Source: Catajapyx aquilonaris (Eukaryota). Taken from it: DNA of 54,937 nucleotides. Every line of letters begins with the position of its first letter. The stretch's first letter is position 1. Where the stretch lies: assembly GCA_000934665.2 (NCBI GenBank), contig KZ538667.1, positions 1-54,937 on the forward strand. Direction: 5' to 3'. The notes under the pieces were generated by a model, which had not been told where the DNA came from, searched no databases, and saw nothing but the letters and a program-made list of their open reading frames with translations. A program made the translations under genes and the position numbers. Below, piece by piece: positions 39,604-51,194 of this stretch.

Positions 39604-42212
39604 CTTGACGACTCCTGTAGGCCTACATTAAATTTTCTCTGTGGGGAAGAATCACTGTGTTTCCGGTGTTTCCACGGCTGAGCTTGGATATACGTTGGTA
39701 ACCGAGAATTCGTTGAGGGATTCTTCCTATGTCACTAACCTTGCCAGTATTCAAGTAGGTCCTTTTAGTTATCAGAATTTGACCAGAGCAGTTATTTCTG
39801 GTAGCTTTTTGCACTCGACCGAGGTGACCAATATAATATTGAGCGAAGCATTTTACGATCATGCCGGGGCGCGTTCTACAATATCATTCTTGCCTTCATT
39901 TCACTGCGTGACGTCAACATTTCGCTAGGTCCGACCGAAAAAACGCTAATAGCTCCGGAACTGAAACTGATTTCTTAAAACGGAATAGGCCAAAAAAGAT
40001 ATCAAAAAATATGGCCGAGTTTATGATGTAGTTTCCCGCGGTTTAAATGATCACATTAAGCCTTTAAAATAATATTTGAAAACTTTACATTGCAACTATT
40101 TGTCCTTTTTTAAATAATAAAAAAACATTCCATTGTAAATGAAATACAAGATCCACAACTAATGCACAAAATTAAATGATCCAAGGCATATTTTAATTGG
40201 CACGAAATAACGTACCGTAGCATATTAGTACACCATAGCAACGGGAAAGGTCCAAGTCGGTCCTAGTACAGTCCCTTACCATAAAAATAAATGTAATCTT
40301 GTCCATTTTATTTGAAAACCTAGTTTGAAAGATTAGTATCGAATTCTAATATTTGCTGTCACAAATGTGCCTGTTCGCAATGTATGACGGGAATAAGAAA
40401 AAAAGCTGTCATCCAAGCGCTTGTAATGAAGTCAATGCCAGGGGCAAAAGATCTCAAAACCGCGATTAAAGGTAGGCGCGGGTAGGTGTTGCTGCGTAAC
40501 ATGGGCTCACGGAAAAGCCACCGCGGATGATCACAGCAAATAAAAAAGCACTTTCGAATTAAACACCATATAGCTTGCTGTATTTATAATAACACCATAT
40601 GTATCACTAGCGTTTGTACGCCTGCTTTGCTAATAATTATCAGATAAGTGTGATTCAAATATTTTTTCTTGACTCTTAACACTGATAAACTCGCTAGTCA
40701 CAATTAGAGTGCTGTAATCGTACACTACTGCACGAATATCTCCTAGGCTTCATTTAAAGAACGGTATGGCCTAATTCACGGGGTGTGACAAGAGGCCGGC
40801 TGATATTTATGATACCTTAATTCAAGTTTATGACTTGATAAGCCCTTCCCTGAACGTAATTATTCTCATTCCAGTGCAGAAACCCCAGACTTTTTCACTT
40901 TCCGACACTTCTACATTTGATTGGAATCCTGATTTAAGGTACTCTTTAATACAGGATGGGTAGTTCCTCCCTCATAATAAGCAGGTTGACCTGTGTTACT
41001 AATTCAAAATAGTTGCACATTTTTGGCAGGAAGATGTAAGCCCAGCTTTTGGAGACAAGAAACTTTTGGTGACATCCGGATAAATCTCCTTGGAAAATAT
41101 AAAGTGTATACTAATGCAAATACTATTGCAAATAATTTTCCAATAAGAAAGCGTACCTCGACAATAATCCTTCTTTGGTAAACGGTATCGTCGGTATGAT
41201 TATAATGTAACAATCATTGAAGCTACTGCTACGTTGTAAATGAACAAACTGACCGCATACTTTGACATCCATGCAGGGATTATAAATGCAGGAAATTACA
41301 ATGATTTCTCATGCGGACACTGATGCGGCACCTACGTTCCAGCACTGTCCATCTATCATATGATTCATATCTAATCATCTTATACATACGACTACTATAT
41401 ATGCGAAAGCATAGTGAGTTGTGATTTCATACTCATTCTCAATTAATTCATCATAGGCCTACGCAAGGCACAGATTTTTTATAATAGTGATTCAAGTGAT
41501 TGTATTGGAAAACAATTATTTTTAACAACATTCACTCTCCGGATGTTAAGAAAGATAATTGCTTATGCTAAGTGCAATAATTGCTGGGAAGCACTCGTCT
41601 GTGTAGACTGAAATGGTTCGATTTGAACATATATGTATTACATGTACAGAGTACCCTGTAATCAATCAGCTCTATTATCGTAACAGGTAGTAGAAGGAGG
41701 ATAATGCGATGCAGAGAAATATAATATATTTAAAATTAATTGGAATTTTGAATTAGCCTGTAACAAGAGTTAACACTTATTATCTTATTAGATGCCACGT
41801 CGGAGATTTTCTCAATCCCCCCAAAATTTATCGAATTAGTAAAATACTTGTTTCATAATTAACTTTACATTCGTATCGGTGAAGATGTTCCTCTAGTCAC
41901 ATTGGTATTCCTGAGCCTGTTAATTTGGGTCCTCCAGAAAAAGGGAACATGACTGAACCCCCAAGTGCCAATTACTTTTCCCTCGACTTTTCCCCTTCTT
42001 TCCTATTTCCCGTTCCTCTCTTTCCCTAAGGCGATGAACATGGCTTATATGCATATACTTAACATTCACACTCATATACGAATGCAAAGTTAATTATGAA
42101 GGATGGGATAATAATGGAAGAAAACTTTTATATACTGTATTAACGCAAAATCTTTTAAGAATATGTCCCGAACATGTACTATATTCGACTATATTGGCCT
42201 ATAACTTAAATA

Positions 42213-42295
42213 CAGGTTAATAATTTTCAATGCTTCAGACCTAAAGCAATTCGGATATCAGATTTGCATCTATAAAATGAGACAGGTTTGGTAGC
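42213..42295 (-). mobile_element. Fragment of the Tigger-like MITE family
   Basis: TA-CAGGTT..AATGCTTCAGACCTAAAG..TTCGGAT..TTTGCATC aligns with 43118-43225. Confidence 0.55.
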
Positions 42296-43117
42296 AGAGT
42301 GTAGCTTAATGTGGTGGGCCCGTGTTCTCACATCACAAACAACGCTCAAAATGTTTAGGTCGGTTTAGGTCGAGGTTTAGGCACATCGTGGCACTCTGAT
42401 AGAAATCAATATGACGTTTGTTCTACGGTTCTACAGTATACTGTATATGGAGACGCGTGTGTGATGTTATGGCAAGCAATACTTCAGACTATGGAAGTGC
42501 GAAAATTGAGGAGAAAAATGCTATACTTTTACATCTCTCAGCTGCGCTGTGAAGATTATTATTTGCACGATTTGCACTCTTCTATGAAATGCATTGCACT
42601 CTGCTATGGAAACTATGCTGGCTACGAAATGGAGTGGAGATTTAAGAGGGGAATTCAATTGTTAGAGCAACACCACCAGAAAGGCCACGAGTCGGTTTCA
42701 ATGAAACCATAACCATGAATAAAATATTATGTGTTAAGCTATTGTAAGCATTTGTGACATATTCTAATCTCATATTTTGAGACAAACTTCTGTCTGGCGG
42801 AACAAAGCCTATATAAAATGCATAACGTTCAGGTCGGTTCAGATGGATAAAATAGTTTTTAATTTTCGAGAATGATTTGAAATTTAGGGCAGTTGTCTGG
42901 AAATTCTCCTCATTACTATACCTATTCCTCTGCCTTCCAGACATTATCTTTTAATGCCGCAAACTCAGAAATGCAGTAAAACGTGGCTTACGATAGTTTT
43001 CGCAGTACAAACAATTCTTATCTGCGGAATATGAAAAGTTCATTAAATTGTATAGCCTACAAAGTTTGTAAATATAAACATTTAAGCACTGAATTAATCT
43101 GAATAACAATTGGCATA

Positions 43118-43445
43118 CAATGAGAATTTTAAATATTCGAAATGCTTGGGACCTAAAGTGTTTAGGATTTTCGGATTTGGAATATTTGTATATTTGCATC
43201 AAAAAATGGGGCAGCTTTGGGATAGGATAAATGCCTTTAACGATATCCATATGAAGTTCTTAATAGCGGTTGTACATTAGCCCTGGAAGTAGTCTGTATA
43301 AATTTGAAACAACTTTAGAGAGACAGATAATGATGCAACTCATGTCACATTCACAAGAAATTTCCCATTTTTGACGCATACCGTATATGTCACCACAAAA
43401 CAAACTTTCGAATTTGGAATTTTGGATAAAGGATTCATCAACCTG
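43118..43445 (-). mobile_element. pogo/Tigger-like MITE, copy B
   Basis: AAATGCTTGGGACCTAAAGTGTTTAGGATTTTCGGATTTGGAATATTTG near one end and GGATAAAGGATTCATCAACCTG at the other. Reverse-complement colinear with copy A. Confidence 0.8.
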
Positions 43446-44870
43446 CAGGTACTTGGCATATGTCATGGGCATAAAAGAGAAATAAATACTTTCGATAGTT
43501 TCGAGATAATCAAAAGCAATGATATGCACTGGTACGGTACTTGTTTACAGTCATGTGGGTCAATTCTACAGACATTTCTGGCTATCTGGCTCATTATGAA
43601 TGTATAAGACTAAATGTGGATTTTACCATGGGCGTTAAAACAAAATAATGCGCATGGAATACCTAAAAACTGTGAAAATCAGTTATACTCAGTCGTTTTT
43701 CTTTTGGAGTCCTACAATATTACCATCAAAATTAGAATCAAATATTTTACTTTCCTTATCATTCATTACATCTGTAGCCTTGAATCCGTTTTGATTGTAG
43801 ATACAGTACTCTCTAACCACGGTTTTATTGAATTTTGTGCATTTAATTTAAACATATAAAGACTATCATTTCCGAAGGCATTATGTTTAAGACAAATAAA
43901 CTCACCCATATTCACCCCACAATTCCTTGTAAGCTTCATGCACACAAAAAATACAAAATCGAATGTAAATTACCGGTTATCGAATTGTTTCCATTAGGAT
44001 TAGAGGACCACCAAACCCGTACACACTTAGATGTCACTGCCAACATAGCAACTAACCCATTCTGATTCAGAAAGAAAGGGAAAAACAACCAAAACAACGC
44101 GGTTTCCAAATAAAAACAGAGGGGGACATGAAGGACGAGGGAGACAGGGTAGAGAACGGGGGGGAAAAAGTCTCCATGCAGGGGGAAAAGTGCACTAGTT
44201 ATCCATCTCGAACCTATAATAATCCGAAATACCCCCTCACTTGTCCACCGATTATAGCCTTTAGAGGGGGCTTTATGATACCGCTTCCCCTTCGCTTTCG
44301 GAGACACGCAAAAGAAGAGGAGGTTCCTATGCACAACCCACCAGAACAACAAAAAGAGACCATTTTTTCTATACGTTTGCCTAACAGCCACGTCTAATTG
44401 GTTGTGTCTTGAGGAAGACCTACTGAAGGTCGTTTCTTTGTCATTTTATTAACCAATATAATAACTACAGTAGTAGAGTACGTTAATGATTGTGGACTTT
44501 ACTAGTATTAATTTTATTGGAATAGCTTGAACTATTTATGAATTTAAGTTATTCAATTATGCAGAATATATATCGATATAGAGGTGAAAGGCAGAGATAG
44601 CAGTTACATAGCTACACAATGATATTCGAGCTTTCAAAAATCTGTGGCAAACTATTTCACTATATGTGTTATTGCGGAGAATCCTTTATTGAAAATGCTC
44701 GCGACCTGCTGTATTTTGGACTTGGAATACCGTATTTTCAGAATAATTGTATTTTTTCAGCTATAAAATGGGACAACTTACGGACGGGATAAATGTCTCA
44801 CCGTCATAGGCATAAATTCCATAATGAGGGTTATACATTAGGCCTGGAAGTAGTTTATATATATTCTGAA

Positions 44871-44928
44871 TAATTTTATAGACACAGGTAATATTGCTAT
44901 AGCAATATTACCTGTGTCTATAAAATTA
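44871..44928. repeat. Perfect 58-bp palindrome, no spacer
   Basis: TAATTTTATAGACACAGGTAATATTGCTA|TAGCAATATTACCTGTGTCTATAAAATTA. Confidence 0.97.
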
Positions 44929-45000
44929 CGCGCTACAAATGGAAAATTCCTTGTGAATACTATAGTATTCACAAGGAATTTTCCATTTGTAGCGCGTAAT
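44925..45000. repeat. Perfect 76-bp palindrome, no spacer
   Basis: ATTACGCGCTACAAATGGAAAATTCCTTGTGAATACTA|TAGTATTCACAAGGAATTTTCCATTTGTAGCGCGTAAT. Confidence 0.97.
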
Positions 45001-45859
45001 ATCGGCACTAAATATCGTTCGGATTTTGGAATTTCAGGTAATAAATTCTCAACCTGTACAGCAAAAAAAAAAAAAAATGACGAAGACCCCCCATAGAGTT
45101 TTTATAATTCTCTGTGACCGCACTGCAGCATCAGGTAATGTGTACTTGAAAGGAAATGCTGCATTTTTTTTTGTCAGATGAAGCACGCAAGTCAATGGCT
45201 GACATACCTACTAAATGAACGACTCCTTTGGTATGTAACAAAATGTTTTAAATATACTACTCTATATTTTATAGCTACTTTATGCAGACGTGTCTCGCAG
45301 GAACTCAACCATCAAAGATATGGAGTAAACAGAAATGAATCTGTTTTTGGACGCAGTGATGGCAGCAAATGGGAGAATAATACACGAATAATATGAACAT
45401 TATTTTGGTAAGCTATAAGCAGCATGGAAGACTGGAACAGAAGTTCAGGTAGACACAAAATGGGTTTTCGTGCTGGGAGGAGTGTAGGTACACTTCGCGC
45501 CATCTGTTGCATCAAGAGAAAACCACAACTGACATTCCAAATGTTGATATTGGTTATGCGTTTACTGTGACATTACTGACATAAAGAGCTGAATCGTCAG
45601 TTTAATAAAGTGGGATTTATGTACAGCTGAATATTACAGTTACAGTTACAGTTATTGGTACGTGTATAAATGCAGACTTTACCTGGTTCCTACATTACCG
45701 GTACATTCACTTGAAAATGTTATTCAGTGCCTAGTATTGATGGTGAGCAGCATACGTCAAAGTTCACTTAATGAAGATTAATGCATGCGTCAAATGCGTA
45801 TGTTTTACGTTGCACATCTTTATTACACTGTGGGATTTAATTTTGGCTGCTTCTGTTTG

Positions 45860-46004
45860 CCATAACGAGTAGGGTAATGGCGGAGGGAAGTGACGTCACT
45901 TTCCCGTCCGCCATCGCTGCCGACTGACGAGTCCACGCGAGAATATTGTTATTATTTTTTCCCCTATACAACTTTCGGAGTTTGTGACACATTTTCGGGT
46001 GAGT
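45860..46004 (+). promoter_or_regulatory. Putative OLA1 promoter and non-coding first exon with a splice donor
   Basis: Local CpG-rich patch. Consensus CRE TGACGTCA (45891-45898) sits inside an imperfect palindrome bounded by ATGGCG/CGCCAT. Strong donor CGG|GTGAGT at 45998/45999. CpG depletion begins just downstream, and the OLA1 ATG exon has an acceptor, so an upstream exon is required. Confidence 0.6.
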
Positions 46005-46684
46005 TGACTGACGTTTGGGTGTTCTGTTTGATGCGACGGGTTGTTTGGCTAGGGAAGGAGAGGCTGGGGTGCACAGAGTGAAACTGCCGGGACAATAGCC
46101 AATGGTATCAGTAGTTGTGTACCTTCAGTTTTGGGCTAATTATTTTTTATGCGAGCAGGATACTTATGTTGACATGTTAACAGTCGTGGGAAGGGCATGG
46201 GCATGACCTGCATAAGGCTACACCTCATTTAAATATCAGCTGAGCTGTACTATGTGACAGTCGCAATGTTAAATTTGTGTCCGTCAGCAATAGATGACTG
46301 GAGTGATGCTAGTAGGCCTGATCATAGGTGGACCAGGTTACAGCCAGAAGTCCAACAAGGCATTGCCTGTCAACTGGTCATGAGCCTGATTGCATATCAC
46401 TAGCCAAACTTTGTCCGCAACCCTCCCAGGTTGCACACATGTGATAACGTCCACTGGTATCAGTTCCGATGAGCATGGGCCATACAAGATGCAGATGTGC
46501 ATATAGCCACTGTACGATAACTTTAAAATATTTCAAGACCTAATGGTGATGCTGCAAACTCGGAATGAAAGGGCCGGTGTGAAGGTGATTCGCCTTCCTA
46601 AAAACCAGGGATTGAATGGAAACTTTGCTGAGTGCTAATGATATATTGTATGCATGATTATTTAACGCCATGGAACAGAACAAC

Positions 46685-46878
46685 GATGTAGTGGCTGTTA
46701 TCTCAGCCTGCCATCTGTGGGGATTTGAGGTCACTCCGTAGGCCAGGCGAAGGATTTTCTCAAAGAAAGAATTTTAATGGGTTCTCTCCAAGCTCACGTG
46801 GGTTTTCTTAGTGTTCTGTCTCTTCCCACAATAAAAAACATCATATTGGAGTTAATGAATAAAGTTGGAATTAAAAAG

Positions 46879-46935
<57 letters not shown>

Positions 46936-46950
46936 ATTATTATTATTATT
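46685..46950 (+). mobile_element. Degenerate tRNA-derived SINE with a V-domain-like core and (ATT)n tail
   Basis: Decayed A/B boxes (GATGTAGTGG, GAGGTCACTCC). Core TTCTCTCCAAGCTCACGTGGGTTTTCTTAGTGTTCTGTCTCTTCCCACA at 46782-46830. (ATT)~24 at 46879-46950. Confidence 0.5.
46879..46950. repeat. (ATT)n microsatellite, ~24 units
   Basis: Near-perfect run with one interruption. Confidence 0.97.
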
Positions 46951-47229
46951 CCATGTGTTTTGCACCCACGTCTCGCTGTCGCTGTGAAAGCGCATCTTGC
47001 ATTACCTTCGTGTGTTTTCAGTGCTTTTATCACTTTATTTTGATTTATTCGAATAATTAGATTAATTGTTCTGTATAATGGACCCTTTCTCTTCTTCTTA
47101 ACCTTCCTCTCTACCAGGCATAATGCACATTTAAATTTATTATACAATATTTACCTATTTTATTTATTGTTTTATTTTTAATTTATTATTTAGAGCATTA
47201 ATCGTGTTATTTTGACTTTAAATTATGTG

Positions 47230-47393
47230 TATTTACTTTTTAGGTTTATCGAAATGGGTGTTGTTCAAGGCCTGGGAATGGATCAATTTACTTTTCATTA
47301 TATCTTATGGGGAAAATTTATTCGAACTTCGAACAATCCAGACTTCTAATAACTTCCTGGAACGAATTAAGTTCGAAGAATGAGGCACCACTG
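47230..47393. mobile_element. One end of a pogo/Tigger-type DNA transposon
   Basis: CTGGAACGAATTAAGTTCGAAGAATGAGGCACCACTG-TA terminus, preceded by a TTTTCATTATATCTTATGGGGAAAA subterminal motif. I did not find the partner end. Confidence 0.55.
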
Positions 47394-48212
47394 TAATAGC
47401 AATGGAAATATCTCAGGTTGCAAGGTTCTCTGATAATATCTAGTAACCTTTAAAAATTTAATTATCATAATAAATAAAATAAAATTGTTGACAAGTTACA
47501 TATGTGAGCTGAAAAATGTATTCTGCTAATATTAGGTGTAATGGGTACATCACTTTTTACCACTTCAGAAGGATCTGGACTTCAGAATATAAGTCCAGTC
47601 ATTGACCTTGGATAGTACTGGGTGTCGAATCGTTAATTTGAAACATCCTAAACTGTAAAGGCCCCTGAGTCATGTAATGTGTCCCAAACTCCCAATGCAA
47701 TGCATGCAACTTTTTTGGTGGTGGGCAGCACTCCAAACTGTGCCATGTATCCCATTGAAAAACAATGTATGTACTGTAACAATATTTCACCAGAAGTGAA
47801 GCGTAGGCTATCTTGATTTATTTAAAGATTTTCTAAGACATAAAAATCTAAGAGATAAATTTTTTGTGCTTATTATTTTTTCCTGTCAAGCTGGATTTGT
47901 GTATTTCTGCAGTAGGCCTACCATATTGTAGCCATTTGTAGTTCGATAAATGGAATCGATTTTGAGGGATATAGGAGAGAAGACTGAATGCACTTTTCTA
48001 ATTTATTTTTCTGCCTTAGTAGTAGTTCAAAGAATACATTGCAGACATTTCAAGATTTTAAACTCCCCATGCTATATGTCCAAAGCTACATTAGACAAGA
48101 TGTCTTTGGACAAAATATGATATGATACTGTGGTAGCACTGGGTAGCACCTGCAGCAACATTTTGAAAGCGTTATAAAAAATGTGCACAAAAATCGCCGA
48201 AAATTTGAATTA

Positions 48213-48546
48213 CAGTAGAACCCTGATTATTATCCGACTCCTTGGTTTATCTGACCATCCTTCTCCAGCAATAAATATATTTTTCTCATCAAATACTGTA
48301 ATATCCTACGAATTTGTTTTGTATTGCATTCGTTAAATTGTAAATACAGTACAGTAGAGTGTGTATGTAAAAGATAACACTTCACTATTTCTTAGAAAAC
48401 CATGATATTGTGACACATTATTTCATGTTTTCATGTTTCTTTGTTGTGTTTAATTAAAGTTTTCTTTGCTCCTCGGATTATCCGACTTTTTGTGTTCCGG
48501 CCATGCCCCCCAGTCCTGCGGGTGGTGGATAATCGGGGTTCTACTG
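48213..48546. mobile_element. pogo/Tigger-like MITE in the presumed OLA1 intron 1
   Basis: TIR CAGTAGAACCCTGATTAT / ATAATCGGGGTTCTACTG with a TA TSD on both sides. Internal TTATCCGACT repeats. Confidence 0.88.
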
Positions 48547-49685
48547 TATTTATTTCTTATTTTAACAATGAGCATGATGTCATGATTGGACGATCCCTCC
48601 TTTACCCCCCCCCNNNNNNNNTATGACCTGTAATGGTTTGTAAAAGTTTGTCAGAGAGAGTGGTATAGTCAGTGATTTGAATTGCTGGTGCCTCACATGT
48701 ATACGTTATTAAAAATTAAAATGAAAGTTATTCAAATTTTCCATTTGTTCCTGATTATGATTATTTGACATGCCTTACACAGTTCCTAAAGTGCATAATA
48801 TACAACTGCCTGCATAATGGTAAGCAAATCATACTTGAGAGCCACACTATTTCACTCAGTACTCAAGACCAACAATAGAAATGAAAGTTTTATTATCGTG
48901 GAGTTGCATGCCGAACCTCACAATTGACAGGTACTGTATGTAGAGGAGAGGTACATTTATTTGGAATTACCTGAAGTGCTAAGGCAATGCTGCACTCCCT
49001 CCCTTAATTTTCATATTTAAATATGCAGGAACAAACTTATTAGCGATATTTTGCATTGGTGTAACTACAACTGGACATGTTTTTGCATTACCTTACATTC
49101 ATTTCTCCCTTCCCACAGGACATGTCAAGTCAAATTATACCAGGGAGGAGCATCAAGTTCTAATAATTTTGTAATTAGTAGGCTACATGTACCTGTGACA
49201 TACAGTATTTTGTAGTGACCTGCTCATGGCTGCAAGTAATGACTTTTGTGTAGGCTACACATTTGTGTACGAGTAGGCCTGCAGTACAAAGGGTTGAAAA
49301 GTTCTTTTTTCAGTGTCTGCTTTTTGCAGAAAATCATTGCCACTACATTTCTTGTTTATTATCCTGACCTGGCCACTCTCTTTCATTTTACCATGGTACT
49401 GTATTCATGCTATGCAGATCATTAATTATTATGAATTTTTTTGATACAGTCTACCTGAAGGTAAAGTGCTGCAATACATGACCTTGCATTTTTTAAATGG
49501 CATGTTGTGCTTAATGCCTGTGGGGTTGGAACACAGACCTCATGCCAGCATTATTTCACCCATCATCCAATTATGAGCAACTGGTGTCTTGAAAGACTAA
49601 TTGTAGGGTGTGACACTAAGTGATGGCATCTGATAAATTTCAGTGTTTGAATTAAATAAACTTCCTCTGGTCTAGAGAACATGTA

Positions 49686-49968
49686 CAGGGTGTTCTCCAA
49701 TTGAAGACCTCAGGGGAAGAATGCTCAATGTCTCCATTTTGTCAAAAATGAGTTACATATCTCAGAAGATAGTTTCACTAGTGTAGAATATGATGGCTTG
49801 GTCGTGGTTGTTGAGTAACGATAATAGTCCAATATAGAAAGCCCCTAAAGTGGGATTTACAATAGAACCTTTTGGCCCTTCGAAATTCAAAATTGGAATA
49901 TCTCAGTTTCACCTGAGGTGGACCTTGATCGTTCTTCCCCCAATATCTTCAATTGAAAGGTACATTTT
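49686..49968. mobile_element. Tc1/mariner-type MITE, degenerate
   Basis: TA-CAGGGTG start. CAATTGAAGACCTCAGGGGAAGAATGCTCAA is inverted to TTGATCGTTCTTCCCCCAATATCTTCAATTG (49925-49955). Confidence 0.65.
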
Positions 49969-50193
49969 TAACCCAACTTTTTGCCATTAAACTGGTCATA
50001 CTAAGCAGTTACGTTTTGCATGGCTACTTTAATGGTTATCAAAAGTACGAGGTGTTAATATTAGGTGATGTGGACTCATCTTTTGCAGAGGAACTTTATT
50101 ACTAAAGTATATTTAAATAATTAAAGAGTGACTTTGTTGGACACAATTTTATAAAGTGACAGAAATTTAACTTTCCTTAGCCAAACAGCTATA

Positions 50194-50467
50194 CATCAAA
50201 GTTCTCCTCAACTCGAACCTCTGGCAATTTGCGAGGGGGATCCAAGCAACATTTTTTTTTTGACATTGTTAGTGACATTAAAATCATTTATTCTTAGCAA
50301 AAAATAGCTTCCTGATGCATGTCATAGACTTCTCATCACAAATAAAGTGGCATGTCATTGTGGGGGGGGGGGGGGGGGNATTAGTTTATTTATTTGTCAA
50401 ATTTTTATAACACAAATCATCGATTTTTTTTGGTCCCTTGGAGATTTGAATTATGGAAATTTTACTG
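50194..50467. mobile_element. Degenerate Tigger-like MITE
   Basis: Right end TTTTTTGGTCCCTTGGAGATTTGAATTATGGAAATTTTACTG-TA. The left end is decayed, near CTCAACTCGAACCTC. Confidence 0.4.
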
Positions 50468-50746
50468 TAATTAGACTTTCCTAGAATGTAATTTTTGTGG
50501 GCCATGTGTGTATCAGGGCACAATTTGGGTTTTATAATGTGCACAGTATAATATCCCAATTATTCTTAGATACCGGTACATCATGATACTTCTGCACATA
50601 ATATTATGCATGCTTGACTTTATTGCCACTTGAGCTGGCAATGCAGTTGAACATCTCTTGTGTCGAATCAGTTATGAGATTGGTAATATTATTGTTACTT
50701 TTAATGAATAATAGAGAATTTTTTGACTGCTCTGTTTCAGGTAATT

Positions 50747-50924
50747 ATGCCTCCCAAGAAGACGGAACCAGAGCGCAAGGCATTAATTGGACGTGTGGGC
50801 ACCAACCTAAAAGTGGGCATTGTTGGTCTGCCTAATGTGGGAAAGTCAACCTTCTTCAATGTACTCACCAAGAGTCAGGTGCCAGCTGAGAACTTTCCCT
50901 TCTGCACCATCGATCCTACTGAGA
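50747..50924 (+). CDS. OLA1: Obg-like ATPase 1 (YchF family), first coding exon, partial. The exon starts at 50741 and ends at 50924 (AT donor) or 50928 (GT donor).
   Basis: [59 protein letters not shown] contains the P-loop GLPNVGKS and the switch-I motif NFPFCTIDP diagnostic of YchF/OLA1. Preceded by the acceptor TGACTGCTCTGTTTCAG. Homology stops after codon 59, and I found no further exon in the window. Confidence 0.96.
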
Positions 50925-51194
50925 ATAAGTACCTTTTTAATTTTTCAAAACACTGTACTCGTAGTTGCTGTAGGATTAATTTTTGGTGCTTTTTAAACTG
51001 GTGTGAGGTGGATGACCTAGCATGCTAATATGCTTGTGCTACAGATGTAGCTACATGGAGTAGGCCATTCAGTCATGCTAATTCAAAATCATATAACTGC
51101 CACATTCTGAAATTTACAAGGGAATTAAGAAATATAATGACAACGGCATTCATTTTGTATATATTTTATACGAGGTACCCACCTATCATCTTAA

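Larger units (their letters stand above)
44673..45056 (-). mobile_element. pogo/Tigger-like MITE, copy C (carries the double palindrome)
   Basis: Colinear with copy B (TACATTAG.CCTGGAAGTAGT, ATTCACAAG.AATTT.CCATTT). Ends TTCTCAACCTG-TA. Confidence 0.8.

Noticed and set aside
46777..47147. Poly-isoleucine ORFs on both strands
   Set aside because: They are translations of the (ATT)n microsatellite.
9961..50380. N runs at 9967, 13841-13851, 48614-48621 and 50379, all next to poly-C or poly-G
   Set aside because: Most simply explained as sequencing or assembly failure at G/C homopolymers rather than biology.
50929..51028. C-terminal part of the 101-aa ORF as OLA1 coding sequence
   Set aside because: It is intron read-through; similarity to OLA1 stops at codon 59.
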